The notes: a model not told the origin generated them from the letters alone. A stretch of DNA of 63,498 nucleotides, filler included, from Octopus bimaculoides (GCF_001194135.2; 4 parts of 4 records of this genome joined end to end with filler, not necessarily neighbours in it); one strand, 5' to 3'. Counted from the first letter of the whole stretch, positions 45,581 to 60,075 are shown. Made by a program: numbers and translations.

Positions 45581-47275
45581 TGCACACATACAAACACCAG
45601 CTGACTAATTAATTCATCAACACAGACCCAATTCTGATCAGGGTGGGATGTAGTTAATAACTCCTACCCCCACCTTACCCTGCTCCCCCTCTACCCATCT
45701 GGTCCANNNNNNNNNNNNNNNNNNNNNNNNNNNNNNNNNNNNNNNNNNNNNNNNNNNNNNNNNNNNNNNNNNNNNNNNNNNNNNNNNNNNNNNNNNNNNN
45801 NNNNNNNNNNNNNNNNNNNNNNNNNNNNNNNNNNNNNNNNNNNNNNNNNNNNNNNNNNNNNNNNNNNNNNNNNNNNNNNNNNNNNNNNNNNNNNNNNNNN
45901 NNNNNNNNNNNNNNNNNNNNNNNNNNNNNNNNNNNNNNNNNNNNNNNNNNNNNNNNNNNNNNNNNNNNNNNNNNNNNNNNNNNNNNNNNNNNNNNNNNNN
46001 NNNNNNNNNNNNNNNNNNNNNNNNNNNNNNNNNNNNNNNNNNNNNNNNNNNNNNNNNNNNNNNNNNNNNNNNNNNNNNNNNNNNNNNNNNNNNNNNNNNN
46101 NNNNNNNNNNNNNNNNNNNNNNNNNNNNNNNNNNNNNNNNNNNNNNNNNNNNNNNNNNNNNNNNNNNNNNNNNNNNNNNNNNNNNNNNNNNNNNNNNNNN
46201 NNNNNNNNNNNNNNNNNNNNNNNNNNNNNNNNNNNNNNNNNNNNNNNNNNNNNNNNNNNNNNNNNNNNNNNNNNNNNNNNNNNNNNNNNNNNNNNNNNNN
46301 NNNNNNNNNNNNNNNNNNNNNNNNNNNNNNNNNNNNNNNNNNNNNNNNNNNNNNNNNNNNNNNNNNNNNNNNNNNNATTTCAGGATGCTGGAGGTTGGCG
46401 GTGTGATAACCTTTGACCCTCGTCTACATACCTCGCTCCCCTTACAACACACGCATACATACACACATACATAGATACATACACACACCTACACACACCC
46501 ACACACATACACCCCCCACACACACATACATATACGCAAACACACAGACGCACACACCCACTCACACATATGTACACACACACGCAAACATATACATGAG
46601 TGCATACAGATGTGTGTGTGTGTAAGTGTGTGTGTGTGAGTGTGTGTGTGTGAGTGTGTGTGTGTGTGTGTGAGAGTGTGTGTGTGTGAAATAGTTGTCC
46701 CTAGTTGACCCCACTCGAGCAATAACAAGGAAGAGCAGCGCCCTACCATGCCCACCCCTCGTCACCACGACCAATAAACACAGACACAAATGTAACAAAA
46801 ATTTCCCCCAAAATCCCCAGACCCNNNNNNNNNNNNNNNNNNNNNNNNNNNNNNNNNNNNNNNNNNNNNNNNNNNNNNNNNNNNNNNNNNNNNNNNNNNN
46901 NNNNNNNNNNNNNNNNNNNNNNNNNNNNNNNNNNNNNNNNNNNNNNNNNNNNNNNNNNNNNNNNNNNNNNNNNNNNNNNNNNNNNNNNNNNNNNNNNNNN
47001 NNNNNNNNNNNNNNNNNNNNNNNNNNNNNNNNNNNNNNNNNNNNNNNNNNNNNNNNNNNNNNNNNNNNNNNNNNNNNNNNNNNNNNNNNNNNNNNNNNNN
47101 NNNNNNNNNNNNNNNNNNNNNNNNNNNNNNNNNNNNNNNNNNNNNNNNNNNNNNNNNNNNNNNNNNNNNNNNNNNNNNNNNNNNNNNNNNNNNNNNNNNN
47201 NNNNNNNNNNNNNNNNNNNNNNNNNNNNNNNNNNNNNNNNNNNNNNNNNNNNNNNNNNNNNNNNNNNNNNNNNNN

Positions 47276-47760
47276 ACCACCACCATCACCACCACCACTA
47301 TCACCACCACCACCATCACCACCACCACCACTATCACCACCACCACTATCACCACCACCACCATCACCACCAGCACTATTACCACCGCCACCACTATCAA
47401 CCCCACCATACTACTGCCAGTACCATTGCTGTGCTACCACCATCACCACATCTATATTATCACTACTAACATTAATATACCACTAATACACCACTACAGG
47501 TACCACAAAACTCGCACCATCTCCATTACACTACCACCTATACAACAACGTCACCACCACTATACTGTCGCCACAACCACCACCACACTAACAGTCTTCT
47601 ACCACCACCATCACCACCATCACTATCTGAATCATGTTTCTAACTGTATCAGCTCCACCACTACCTTAATCCCCTCCATCACTGCCACCACCACTTCCAC
47701 CATCATCACCTCGGTACCATCACCTCCATACCATCACCATCACCTCCACCATTACAATAA
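47276..47760. repeat. (CAC/CAT)n low-complexity tract
   Basis: Direct reading. It explains the poly-P/H/T ORFs. Confidence 0.9.
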
Positions 47761-47869
47761 AACAACCATATGTTTTCTAAATGCCAAAACAATTATTATT
47801 TACCAACATATGTCTTATATAAGGCAGATAATAAAAGAATGGAATATATACACACACATTATTCTTTTA

Positions 47870-47955
47870 TTTTATTTTTATTTGTTTCAGACATTAGACT
47901 ATGGCCATGCTGGGGCACCACCTTGAATTTTTTGTTGAATGAACCGACCCCCGTA
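47870..47955 (-). mobile_element. SINE family B, 3' end
   Basis: ttgtttcagacattagactatggccatgctggggcaccaccttgaa. Confidence 0.75.
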
Positions 47956-47956
47956 C

Positions 47957-48110
47957 ATGAATAACCATGGCAACGCACCTAGAAAGTTCCCCTGTGAGGC
48001 CCAAGTCCGGACAAGATTGTTTCTGGAAGGCCAAAAGTCGTCCATGCATACCAGCCTTCCTTCTGCGCCTCAAAGGAGAACTTTCTAGGTGCAATCCGAT
48101 GGTCATTCAT
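47957..48110. repeat. 154-bp inverted repeat with 44-bp arms
   Basis: atgaataaccatggcaacgcacctagaaagttcccctgtgaggc versus gcctcaaaggagaactttctaggtgcaatccgatggtcattcat. Confidence 0.75.
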
Positions 48111-48394
48111 AACCGAAGGGGGTCTCTAGCTTTTAATACAGTGATTCTCAACCATTTTGTCTTCTATGGACTCTTTTGAATCTTATTTTCCTCTATTGAA
48201 TCCTCATAACCATTCGATATTTAAAAGAAGTTCTGTTGCATTTTTATAATTGTTATAATGTGAGATCCTCGTCCACATGTACGTTATCGTTGGCACTGTA
48301 ATATTTTTGCCGCCGCTATTATGTTGTGGCGGTATTCCACATCTTATTATCTTTGACTTATCTATCAGTATGTCCTCGCCTTTTCGAAGGTAAA

Positions 48395-49185
48395 TATTTG
48401 CGTAGTCGCAGTTTAGTAGTATGGTGCCCCATCGCTGCAACCTGTTTGCTCTATCTACTGGGATTCCTTTCTTTGGTCCATAAATCGTTAGAAACGAGCA
48501 ATGGTCTGTTTGTAGTTTAAACTGTCTACCATGCATAAATATGTGGAACTTTTTTATGCCAAATATAATCGCCAATGCCTCTTTTACAATTTGGCTATAA
48601 TTTTTTTCCGCTAGCAATAGCCTCCTTCACGCGTGAGCTGTGGCCTTTTGGCTGCCATCTTCACATTTGTGTAGGAGTATGGTACCTACCCCGTACTCAC
48701 TAGCATCTATTGCCAGTATCGTTTCCAATTTCAGATCGAGGTGTGTAAGTGCCAAGTCTGAAGTTAGCATGCCTTTTAGTTCCTCAAATGCCTTCTGGCA
48801 TTTTTCTGACCAAAACCAATTTGACATCCTTTTTTAACAGCTCATTTAGTGGAGCCCTTGTATTGAGTATGTTCGGGATATATACTTGATAGTAGTTTAC
48901 CAAGTCTAAAAATGCTTGTAACAATTTGACGTTCGTTGGGGGCGGCATATTCCGTATTGCCGTCGCGGGTCTGGCTTTCGTCCCCTTTCTTCAATTACTT
49001 CACCTAAATATTTGATTTTTTTCATTAAAATTTCACATTTTTCCTCTGTTAGTCTAAACCGGTAATCATTTATTTTTCCGAATACTTTTTAAATATATAC
49101 GAATTGTTGCTCCACTGACTCTCGCTTTTTATCAAAATATCATCGAGATAAACGATAGCGAAGTTGCAATCGTGGAAGTAATCTA
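48395..49185 (-). mobile_element. Gypsy (Mag-like) LTR retrotransposon pol fragment, RT end plus RNase H
   Basis: Reads VYLDDIL, KYLGEVI, AIDASEYGVG, KNYSQIVKEALAIIFGIKKFH, LQTDH and ANRLQRWGTILLN. Frameshifted. Confidence 0.9.
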
Positions 49186-49448
49186 TTAAAACGTTGGAAA
49201 CAAGTGAGGGTGTAATAAACAATTACGAATGCAGATGGGAAAACAAACAACAACATAAGACGAAAGCATAACATGAAGCGTACAAGATGGCGGATTTTGA
49301 AAACTAAGGAGATTTGTAAGAATTGGTTTAAATTATCTCGGTTTAAATTTAATTACCAAATGAGATATCTGTTACTGTGTTGTCTAGTTAAGTTGTTTGA
49401 GAAATATAAATGCGAGAGAATACATTCAAATAATTTAGTGAGAATATA

Positions 49449-49507
<59 letters not shown>

Positions 49508-50027
49508 NNNNNNNNNNNNNNNNNNNNNNNNNNNNNNNNNNNNNNNNNNNNNNNNNNNNNNNNNNNNNNNNNNNNNNNNNNNNNNNNNNNNNNNNNNNNN
49601 NNNNNNNNNNNNNNNNNNNNNNNNNNNNNNNNNNNNNNNNNNNNNNNNNNNNNNNNNNNNNNNNNNNNNNNNNNNNNNNNNNNNNNNNNNNNNNNNNNNN
49701 NNNNNNNNNNNNNNNNNNNNNNNNNNNNNNNNNNNNNNNNNNNNNNNNNNNNNNNNNNNNNNNNNNNNNNNNNNNNNNNNNNNNNNNNNNNNNNNNNNNN
49801 NNNNNNNNNNNNNNNNNNNNNNNNNNNNNNNNNNNNNNNNNNNNNNNNNNNNNNNNNNNNNNNNNNNNNNNNNNNNNNNNNNNNNNNNNNNNNNNNNNNN
49901 NNNNNNNNNNNNNNNNNNNNNNNNNNNNNNNNNNNNNNNNNNNNNNNNNNNNNNNNNNNNNNNNNNNNNNNNNNNNNNNNNNNNNNNNNNNNNNNNNNNN
50001 NNNNNNNNNNNNNNNNNNNNNNNNNNT

Positions 50028-50390
50028 CTTTACTCCTACTTGTTTCAGGCATTTGACTGCGGCCATGCTGGAGCACCACCTTTAGTCGAACAAATCGACC
50101 CTAGGACTTATTCTTTGTAAGCCTAGTACTTATTCTATCGGTCTCTTTTGCCGAATTTTGAAAAATAAAAGTATAAAAATACGAAATTATTTATGGGATA
50201 ACCCAATAAATACATATATACGACGGGCTTCTTTCAGTTTCTATCAACCAAATCCACTCACAAGGATTTGGTCGCCCCTAAGGCTAAAGTAGAAATACTT
50301 GCCCAAGGTGCAACGTAGTGGAACTGAACTCGGAACTATGTTGTTGGGAAGCAAGCTTCTTACCACATAGCCACGCCTTGCCAGCTCTCC
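50028..50390 (-). mobile_element. SINE family B with replaced middle segment
   Basis: Family tail 50028-50156, an unrelated AT-rich ~60 bp, then the family head to ccacatagccacgcc. Confidence 0.8.
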
Positions 50391-50419
50391 ACGTTGGGAA
50401 GAATTATATGTTATTAAAT

Positions 50420-50640
50420 AAGGTAAAAAGCTGATAGAGGCGTTCATAAGTCGGACAAAATGCTTTGCAATATTTCGTCCGGATCTTTATGTTCTGAGTT
50501 CAAATCTCGCCGAGATCAAAGCTGAGTTACTACATCCTTTCGGAATGAATAAGTTACAGTACCAGTTAAGTACTGGGGTACGATGTCATCGATTAACATT
50601 TCCAGCCCTGCAAATTGCTAGCTTTCTATCAAAATTAGAA
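50420..50640 (+). mobile_element. SINE family A, diverged
   Basis: gttctgagttcaaatctcgccgag...cagtaccagt...ctagctttctatcaaaattagaaac. Confidence 0.7.
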
Positions 50641-50713
50641 ACAAAATGTTAGTTATTGCATAGTTTCTTCCTTGTTTCTGTGCGTGTGTGTGCAAAAATA
50701 GGAATGAATATGA

Positions 50714-50746
<33 letters not shown>

Positions 50747-50860
50747 NNNNNNNNNNNNNNNNNNNNNNNNNNNNNNNNNNNNNNNNNNNNNNNNNNNNNN
50801 NNNNNNNNNNNNNNNNNNNNNNNNNNNNNNNNNNNNNNNNNNNNNNNNNNNNNNNNNNNN

Positions 50861-50908
<48 letters not shown>

Positions 50909-51944
50909 TATGTACGGTTATATTTACGTATATGTATATATAGAATGTGCTTGGGTAAAGAAATAAATATGTCTTGCAATGCTGTATAAATACATATTTA
51001 GTGGGCGTACTATACATACATATATATACACACGCACGAGGTCTTTGTGTCTGGAGAAAAATGAAAGTAAAACGAACAAAAAAATAATCGGTAAAAAAAC
51101 AAAAAAAAAACAGTCCATAAATCTATTTCTCTGATATGACATAGCGAATAATCTCTTATTCTCCAAAACGATGAAAATAAGCTAAGAATGGCGCCAGACC
51201 CAGCAGTACAACAAGGGACACAACTCCGATTTTACTATTAATAAAACAGAAGAATTGGGTCTGATTAAAAACTGATTAGAATGATCAAGGGGATATAAAC
51301 ACACGCGACACGCTCGCGCGTGCACAAACGAATTCACACACGCGCGCGCACACTGACACACATGTGGGGGCGCGCGCGCACACATACATATACAAACGCC
51401 GCTCATAAATAAACGCGTATACATATGTCAATGTGTATATATAGAAAAAATTATATACACACGTATACATACATATAGTTATTGTGCTTCGCCCCCATCT
51501 ACACACGCACAAACATATATACATATATATATATATATATATANNNNNNNNNNNNNNNNNNNNNNNNNNNNNNNNNNNNNNNNNNNNNNNNNNNNNNNNN
51601 NNNNNNNNNNNNNNNNNNNNNNNNNNNNNNNNNNNNNNNNNNNNNNNNNNNNNNNNNNNNNNNNNNNNNNNNNNNNNNNNNNNNNNNNNNNNNNNNNNNN
51701 NNNNNNNNNNNNNNNNNNNNNNNNNNNNNNNNNNNNNNNNNNNNNNNNNNNNNNNNNNNNNNNNNNNNNNNNNNNNNNNNNNNNNNNNNNNNNNNNNNNN
51801 NNNNNNNNNNNNNNNNNNNNNNNNNNNNNNNNNNNNNNNNNNNNNNNNNNNNNNNNNNNNNNNNNNNNNNNNNNNNNNNNNNNNNNNNNNNNNNNNNNNN
51901 NNNNNNNNNNNNNNNNNNNNNNNNNNNNNNNNNNNNNNNNNNNN

Positions 51945-52230
51945 NTAGTGAGAATACACAAAAGAAAAACAAAAGACAAAGACAGGTGGTGTAGACAACA
52001 AACAGATATATTAGTATAACGCTCGGGAAGTGAAAAAGTCTTTAACGTATCTAAAAATTCGAACCACCCAGCTTCACTGATAAAGAACTTGGTTATCATC
52101 GGAAGTATCAAAATCTACCCAACATTTTCCGACAAAACGACAATTGATCAAGCAGAACCATTCTACAATAATGCATTAAAAATGAGCGGTTTCAACGAGA
52201 ATTTATAATTTATACACAAAAAAACTATAC
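51945..52230 (+). mobile_element. Penelope-like element fragments
   Basis: Reads TFSDKTTIDQAEPFYNNALKMSGFNENL, resembling the PLE post-RT Y..AL..SG motif. Confidence 0.5.
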
Positions 52231-53023
52231 TAAACAATCCAAAAATGAAACAGTACTACAAGAAACAAGCCTCATCAAATTCAAGCTCCCAATTTAAGCT
52301 CTGGTATCTGGCCTTTCGGTACCTTTAGTGGAATTTGAATATAGACTAGCAATGCGTTGTAATTTCTTTGTCAATCTCTGTCACGTGACTTTCCCCACTA
52401 TACCTAGAAGTTTGCAACACTTAACGCCACTATTCACCGAAACAGTCCCTGTCACTATAGATCGGAACACATCACACCAGACGCCCAGCAAATGGCCATA
52501 AAATGTCCCCACAAAACGCCTAAAAAACGCGAGGACGCATCATCTATCAAGTACTCACGGGGATCCGGCGACAAGGCATAAAGCTCCAGCCACAAACACC
52601 ACCACCAACACAAAAACCACAACCGCCACTACCATGTGATTGACCATTTTAGTCAACAACAACAACAGCAACAATAAAACGATTATATTTTTCACAGCTG
52701 TACATGTGTCAGAATTAAGATATACAAGTAATTGTAGCCACCAAGAATTTGTATTGATAAAGTGCATTGGTATATGTATGTATGTATGCATGTATGTATG
52801 CATATATGTATGTATGTATGTATAGAAAGAGGGTGAGAGAGGGAGGGTGAGAGAGGGAGGGAGAGAGATAGAGACTGACACACATGCATGTATCCATATC
52901 TACATATATATATATATATATGTAGATATGTGTGTATATGTACATATGAATATATATATATGTGTGTGTGTATGTGTATGTGTGTGTATATGCATGTATA
53001 TATGTATATATATATGTGTACGC

Positions 53024-53059
<36 letters not shown>

Positions 53060-53432
53060 NNNNNNNNNNNNNNNNNNNNNNNNNNNNNNNNNNNNNNNNN
53101 NNNNNNNNNNNNNNNNNNNNNNNNNNNNNNNNNNNNNNNNNNNNNNNNNNNNNNNNNNNNNNNNNNNNNNNNNNNNNNNNNNNNNNNNNNNNNNNNNNNN
53201 NNNNNNNNNNNNNNNNNNNNNNNNNNNNNNNNNNNNNNNNNNNNNNNNNNNNNNNNNNNNNNNNNNNNNNNNNNNNNNNNNNNNNNNNNGTGTGTGCGTT
53301 ACGGTGCCCCTCCCCCTGAATAGAAAAGGAAGTGCATTTGTGCATCATAAATTTTGTATATACTGAAGTGATTATGGAAACTGGTTTCTTTGCCTTTGTC
53401 TACACACGCATGAATAAATGTAAGCTTGTTTA

Positions 53433-53474
<42 letters not shown>

Positions 53475-54089
53475 TGTGTGCATGCATGTCTGTGTATATG
53501 TATGCATGTATGTTTAATGTATGTTTGTATGGAAGCGTCTATGTATGTATTCGCGTAAGAGTTCGTGCGCATGTATATGATCATACACATATACATACAT
53601 ATTCACATACGCACATATAAATGAATATATACATAAGACTACGTATATGTATATATCTATATATCTATACACACACACACACATATATATATATGTCTTA
53701 TGTATGTGTACATGTATGCTTTGTTCCTTTTTGTAGTGCTGTATTTAAAGCAAGATATAAATGCAATAATGCATAATTGTAACCGATATAGTTTTTCAAA
53801 TCATAATATTAATGGCGTAGAACAAAATTTGTCACACTAAGGGAAGTAACTCAAAGTGTGGTCATTTATGTTGGCTGCAGCGAGATTAATGATGCGAATA
53901 GTAAATGAAGAGAGGAAGAGAGAGGGGGTAGACAGACAGAGTGAGAGAGAGAGAGAGTGAGAGAGATAACGGAAATATTTGTGGCCTTAAACTGAGTGTT
54001 ACTAGAAAGGGGTGATAACGTTCTGCAATGGTAGGAAAAAGCAACGCCGATGTATAATTACACGTGAACATGTGAGTATGTATGTGTGT

Positions 54090-54174
<85 letters not shown>

Positions 54175-54492
54175 TGTGTGTTCAAAGAAAACAGAAGCGT
54201 AAAGGAAAGAAGTTGAATATGCACTTGAAGTCTTTGAAGGGCTTTATTTACATCAACTTATCCAGTTCCACACTTTCATGCTTTTGGGGCAATATTGTTT
54301 TTATCTCGACTGTGACTGGAGTTTGAAGAATTGCTCCTTTTATAGAGAGATTCTGGATGAAATTACCATTAGTTGAGGTACAGTTTGATTGGTTTATCAT
54401 GCAGCTGGTCACGAAATCAGTGGATCTTGTGACTGTATTGCTGGTGCCACCAAAAGTGTTAATTCAGAAGATGTATCATAGAATACTGTGAG

Positions 54493-54611
54493 GAATGGCT
54501 GTGTGGCATGTAGATTGCTTACCAACCACAACCACATGGTTCCGGGCCGACGAAAGCTTCGTGAGTGGATTTGGTAGACGGAAACTGAAAGAAGCCCATC
54601 GTATATATATA

Positions 54612-54649
<38 letters not shown>

Positions 54650-54842
54650 TTTGTGTGTCTGTGTTTGTCCCCCACCATCGCTTGACAACCGATGTTGGTC
54701 TGTTCACGTCCCCGTAACTTAGCGGCTCGGCCAAAGAAAGCCATAGAATAAGTACCAGGCTTACATAGAATAAGTCCTGGGGTCGATTTGTTCGACATAA
54801 GGCGGTGCTCCAGCATGACCGCAGTCAAATTACTAAAGCAAG
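54493..54842 (+). mobile_element. SINE family B, near full length
   Basis: Head, gaaactgaaagaagcccatcgtatata, a TG microsatellite and the family tail. Confidence 0.88.
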
Positions 54843-55408
54843 NNNNNNNNNNNNNNNNNNNNNNNNNNNNNNNNNNNNNNNNNNNNNNNNNNNNNNNNNN
54901 NNNNNNNNNNNNNNNNNNNNNNNNNNNNNNNNNNNNNNNNNNNNNNNNNNNNNNNNNNNNNNNNNNNNNNNNNNNNNNNNNNNNNNNNNNNNNNNNNNNN
55001 NNNNNNNNNNNNNNNNNNNNNNNNNNNNNNNNNNNNNNNNNNNNNNNNNNNNNNNNNNNNNNNNNNNNNNNNNNNNNNNNNNNNNNNNNNNNNNNNNNNN
55101 NNNNNNNNNNNNNNNNNNNNNNNNNNNNNNNNNNNNNNNNNNNNNNNNNNNNNNNNNNNNNNNNNNNNNNNNNNNNNNNNNNNNNNNNNNNNNNNNNNNN
55201 NNNNNNNNNNNNNNNNNNNNNNNNNNNNNNNNNNNNNNNNNNNNNNNNNNNNNNNNNNNNNNNNNNNNNNNNNNNNNNNNNNNNNNNNNNNNNNNNNNNN
55301 NNNNNNNNNNNNNNNNNNATATGTATACATGTATATATATTATTTACTATTTATTATATATATATATGTATGTATATAAAATATATATATATAGATATAT
55401 ATATGTGC

Positions 55409-55466
<58 letters not shown>

Positions 55467-56209
55467 CTGATTGTATTTCGATTTGCACGCCTACCTGTCA
55501 ATAGATATGCGCGTATACAACAGCAGATAAGTGTGTGTTTGTATCATGACTGCGTCTGTGTATGCATCAGATAAGATGTACATGTGTGTGTCTGACATTG
55601 TGTTTCCGCCTGTGTTTGCCTGAGTCTGCGTGTAAGCACAGTCAAGTTAGCATTAATTGACTACCATCAACGTAAGTACTATACAATTAAGCTTGACTGA
55701 TTGTTCTCGTTTCCAGTTATTGATCGCGGCCAGTCTGTCAGTCTATCGGTTTGTGGCTCGGAGTATGAATGGAGTGAAAAGTTATGATCGTTGTGGGTAT
55801 TCTTATCAATGTTTGTTGGTTGGTTTATCGTTTTTGTCATTGCCGGTGTTGTTGTTGTTGTCGTTGTTGTTGTTTTTGTTGTAGGGGCTATTGTAGTTGG
55901 GTTTTTTTCTATTTTTTCTTTTTTTGTTCTTGTTGAAGCATGACCTAATGTAATGACCTGGAGATAAGCAGCCTAATAGCTAGGCTGACCCAGTGAATCA
56001 GCAAAACGTTCATGTCAAACGTTCCGTCTCGTCTGGTCTAGCCAGGTTGAATTTTGTTTTAGTTTGGCTTGATTTGGTCTGGAATTTCAATGGGTATTTT
56101 CCTATTAAGGATGGCAAAAACGATAGTATTTTGTAGAGTGAGTTAAGCGAGTATAATCGATGGCATAACTGGTTGAATACAGGCTAAAATAAGTTAAAGA
56201 TGATGGGTG

Positions 56210-56500
56210 GCATCCGGACCTTTTTAGCAGCATTATATCCCCGTTTTCCTCAGAAAATGACTACACTGGGCTCTGTTAGTATTTATTTATTGACAGCAAG
56301 CCACAAACATACATAGATCAGTGTTGAGCCCCTAGAAACGTGAGACCACCGGGAAAATCAACTCATTGGAGCCTTTGGTATTCATCTATTGACAGCAAGC
56401 CATAACATACGTAGATCAGAATCGTGCCCCTGTACCTATGAGGCCTCCGGACCACTGTCCAATGTGTTCATGTCTAAAACGGCATTGGGTGGCACAGTGA
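56210..56500 (+). repeat. Dispersed repeat with ~100-bp tandem subunits (homologue of 23160-23450)
   Basis: tattgacagcaagcca occurs at 56289 and 56388; gatcagaatcg..., tgaggcctccg and acggcatt are shared with the reverse complement of 23160-23270. Confidence 0.65.
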
Positions 56501-57391
56501 GATGAGGACACGGAACGTTGAGGACGACAGGCGGCACTGTAGGTTGAATACATGACAAAATAAGATAAGGAAGTTGATGGTTCATTAGGTAGAATGGAAG
56601 CTAAAATAAGCTAGGGACGATGGCTTACTTTGCCTGTAATTCTATATATTTTTGATGATTTAATTGGCAGGATGAAGATAGAGACCATGACTTGGCCGGA
56701 AGAGGAAGGGTAGTGCCTATGGCACTTTTCCAGGTTCAATCTCATTGCATGGCACATTGGGCAACTGTGTTTTCTACTATAGCTCCAAGTAGCCAGTCGT
56801 ATATATATATATATATATATATATATATNNNNNNNNNNNNNNNNNNNNNNNNNNNNNNNNNNNNNNNNNNNNNNNNNNNNNNNNNNNNNNNNNNNNNNNN
56901 NNNNNNNNNNNNNNNNNNNNNNNNNNNNNNNNNNNNNNNNNNNNNNNNNNNNNNNNNNNNNNNNNNNNNNNNNNNNNNNNNNNNNNNNNNNNNNNNNNNN
57001 NNNNNNNNNNNNNNNNNNNNNNNNNNNNNNNNNNNNNNNNNNNNNNNNNNNNNNNNNNNNNNNNNNNNNNNNNNNNNNNNNNNNNNNNNNNNNNNNNNNN
57101 NNNNNNNNNNNNNNNNNNNNNNNNNNNNNNNNNNNNNNNNNNNNNNNNNNNNNNNNNNNNNNNNNNNNNNNNNNNNNNNNNNNNNNNNNNNNNNNNNNNN
57201 NNNNNNNNNNNNNNNNNNNNNNNNNNNNNNNNNNNNNNNNNNNNNNNNNNNNNNNNNNNNNNNNNNNNNNNNNNNNNNNNNNNNNNNNNNNNNNNNNNNN
57301 NNNNNNNNNNNNNNNNNNNNNNNNNNNNTGGTATTCCTTGAAGAAATCTGTCCAGACTCCGTTTAAAGGTGATGGGATCCTTTTCCTCGTT

Positions 57392-57436
<45 letters not shown>

Positions 57437-57518
57437 GTAAACACATGCCCGCATGCTTACATTTGTATATGAATATGTTGATATGTCTGTATATAGAACC
57501 AGATAGACAGATAGACAG

Positions 57519-57561
<43 letters not shown>

Positions 57562-57782
57562 GAGAGAGAAATAGATAAACAGATAGATAGACAGACACAT
57601 ACATACATACATACATACATACATACATACATACATACGTATATACATACATGCATACGTACATACATACATAAATACGTACATACACAGACGTGGGTAA
57701 GAAAGAGACAGACAGAGAGAGAGACAGATAGACAGACAGAGAGATAGAGTGAGAGAAAGGGAAAGACAGAAGGAGAGCGAGA

Positions 57783-57820
<38 letters not shown>

Positions 57821-58612
57821 AATTTGTAGCTATTTGTATTCGTGCTGTCATGCATATTGTCATGCAATTGTATTACATTTGACTTGTGTTGATAATCATT
57901 ATTATTATTACTTCTTATATACACATGCGTAAACATGCAGGAGGCAAACGCGACATGCTCTCCATGATTAACAGCAGCATCATCATCATCATTACCATTG
58001 TTATTGTTATTATGAAATGTTGTTGTTCCTAGATCGAACCCGGTTTCCTAAACCTGTCTCCACTTGCAAACAGCGTATCACCATGGCTACGCGTTAAATA
58101 CAACGCTAATTGAATTAGAAATTAGAGGAAATTAGAAAGAGAGAGGAGAAAGAGAGAGAGGAGAGAGGGAGTGAAGGAGCGAGGGAGGGAGGGAGNNNNN
58201 NNNNNNNNNNNNNNNNNNNNNNNNNNNNNNNNNNNNNNNNNNNNNNNNNNNNNNNNNNNNNNNNNNNNNNNNNNNNNNNNNNNNNNNNNNNNNNNNNNNN
58301 NNNNNNNNNNNNNNNNNNNNNNNNNNNNNNNNNNNNNNNNNNNNNNNNNNNNNNNNNNNNNNNNNNNNNNNNNNNNNNNNNNNNNNNNNNNNNNNNNNNN
58401 NNNNNNNNNNNNNNNNNNNNNNNNNNNNNNNNNNNNNNNNNNNNNNNNNNNNNNNNNNNNNNNNNNNNNNNNNNNNNNNNNNNNNNNNNNNNNNNNNNNN
58501 NNNNNNNNNNNNNNNNNNNNNNNNNNNNNNNNNNNNNNNNNNNNNNNNNNNNNNNNNNNNNNNNNNNNNNNNNNNNNNNNNNNNNNNNNNNNNNNNNNNN
58601 NNNNNNNNNNNN

Positions 58613-59165
58613 GGTGGAGGTGGTGGTGGTGGTGGTGGTGGTGCTGGTGGTGGTGGTCGTCGTGGTGATGGTATGGTGAAAGTTATGGTGATGGTGGAGG
58701 TGGTGTTGATGGTCATGGTGGTGGTGGTTGCTGTTGTGGTGATGGTGGTGGTAGTGGTGGTGGTGGTGGTGGAGATGGTGATGGTGATTGTGGTGGTAAT
58801 GGTGGAGGTGGTGGTGATGGTGATGGTGGTGGCGGCTGTTGTTGTGGTGGTGGTAGTGATGAAGATGGTGATTGTGGTGGTGATGGTGGCGACAGTGGCG
58901 GTACTGGTGGCAACGGTGGTGATGGTGGTGATGGTGGTGATGGTGGATGAGGTCATTGTTGGTGGTGATGTTCGTGATAATTGTACAGTGGTGGCGGGGA
59001 GGATGGTATGAGGACGGCGTTGGTGACGCTGATGATAGTGGAGGCGGAGTGGAGTTGGTGGTGGTGGTGATGGTGATGCTGTTGAGGAAAAAGAACAACA
59101 ACAACATAACAACACACTGCGCAGTGCTATGTTGTTGAAATAGTAGTAGTAGTAGTAGTAGTAGT
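58613..59165. repeat. (GGT/GAT)n low-complexity tract ending in (TAG)n
   Basis: Direct reading. Confidence 0.9.
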
Positions 59166-59167
59166 AG

Positions 59168-59300
59168 ATATTTTTCTATAGCAAGGGCATTGTCTATATC
59201 CACCGGTTTCCCTCTGGCCAGATAGTCAAAGAAGAGTTCATTGTGGAGCTTTTTGAGGGAGTTCAGGAAGAGATTTTGTCGCAAAAGGCCAGAGCTCTTC
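59168..59300 (+). mobile_element. Mariner fragment related to 5680-6540
   Basis: caagggcattgtctatatccaccggtttccctctggccagatagtcaa matches ~6085-6140. Confidence 0.7.
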
Positions 59301-59309
59301 CATTCGGAT

Positions 59310-59450
59310 TTTTACTTCTTTTTTATTGAATCTTAAAAGATGAGAAGTAAAGTTGACCGCGGCGGGATTTGAACTTAAAGTGTAGATAGTCGGGGAAAAA
59401 TACCGAAAAGCATTCTGTCCGACGCTCTAACGATTCTGCTAATTCACCGC
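59310..59450 (-). mobile_element. SINE family A, partial
   Basis: aaagttgaccgcggcgggatttgaac...ctaacgattctgctaattcaccgc. Confidence 0.75.
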
Positions 59451-59789
59451 TAACAAAAAATATTGAGAGGGAAACAGATGATTGGGAAGCAGAGAGAAAT
59501 GGAAGCGGAAGATGGTTAAACTATAATGTGCTTCTAGCAGAGAGAGGGGGGAGGAAAAGAGAGGGTGGTTGAGGGGAGGAAGAGAGAGGGAGTTGAGGGG
59601 AGGAAGAGAGAGGGGGTTGAGGGGAGTACGAGAAAGAGAAGGTTAGATTAAAAAAGACTAATATTTAGAAGAGAAACAGGAGAATGAGACAGAATAGTTG
59701 CGGGGGAACCAGGGATAGAACGCGAACACAATAGACAGAAATTAGAAAAGAGTAAAAGAGAAAGTAAGAAGTGCATACATATATGTGTG

Positions 59790-60040
59790 CGTCTTTTGTT
59801 TGTTTCCGTAATTAGACTGCGGCCACGCTGGGGCACCGCCTTGAAGAATCTTTAGTCGAATGAATCGAGACTAGGACATTTTTGCAAGGCTGGTACTTAT
59901 TCTATCGGGTTATTTTCGCCGAAACGCTAAGTCATGATGAGGAAGTAAACACACTAACACCGGTTGTCAAGTGCTGATGAGGGATAAATACAGACACAAA
60001 GATACATACACATAGATATACATAAATACACACACGCAAT

Positions 60041-60075
<35 letters not shown>

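Noticed and set aside
54250-54465. ~70-codon open minus-strand frame (INTFGGTSNT...)
   Set aside because: No compatible splice site or start, and no homology recognised.
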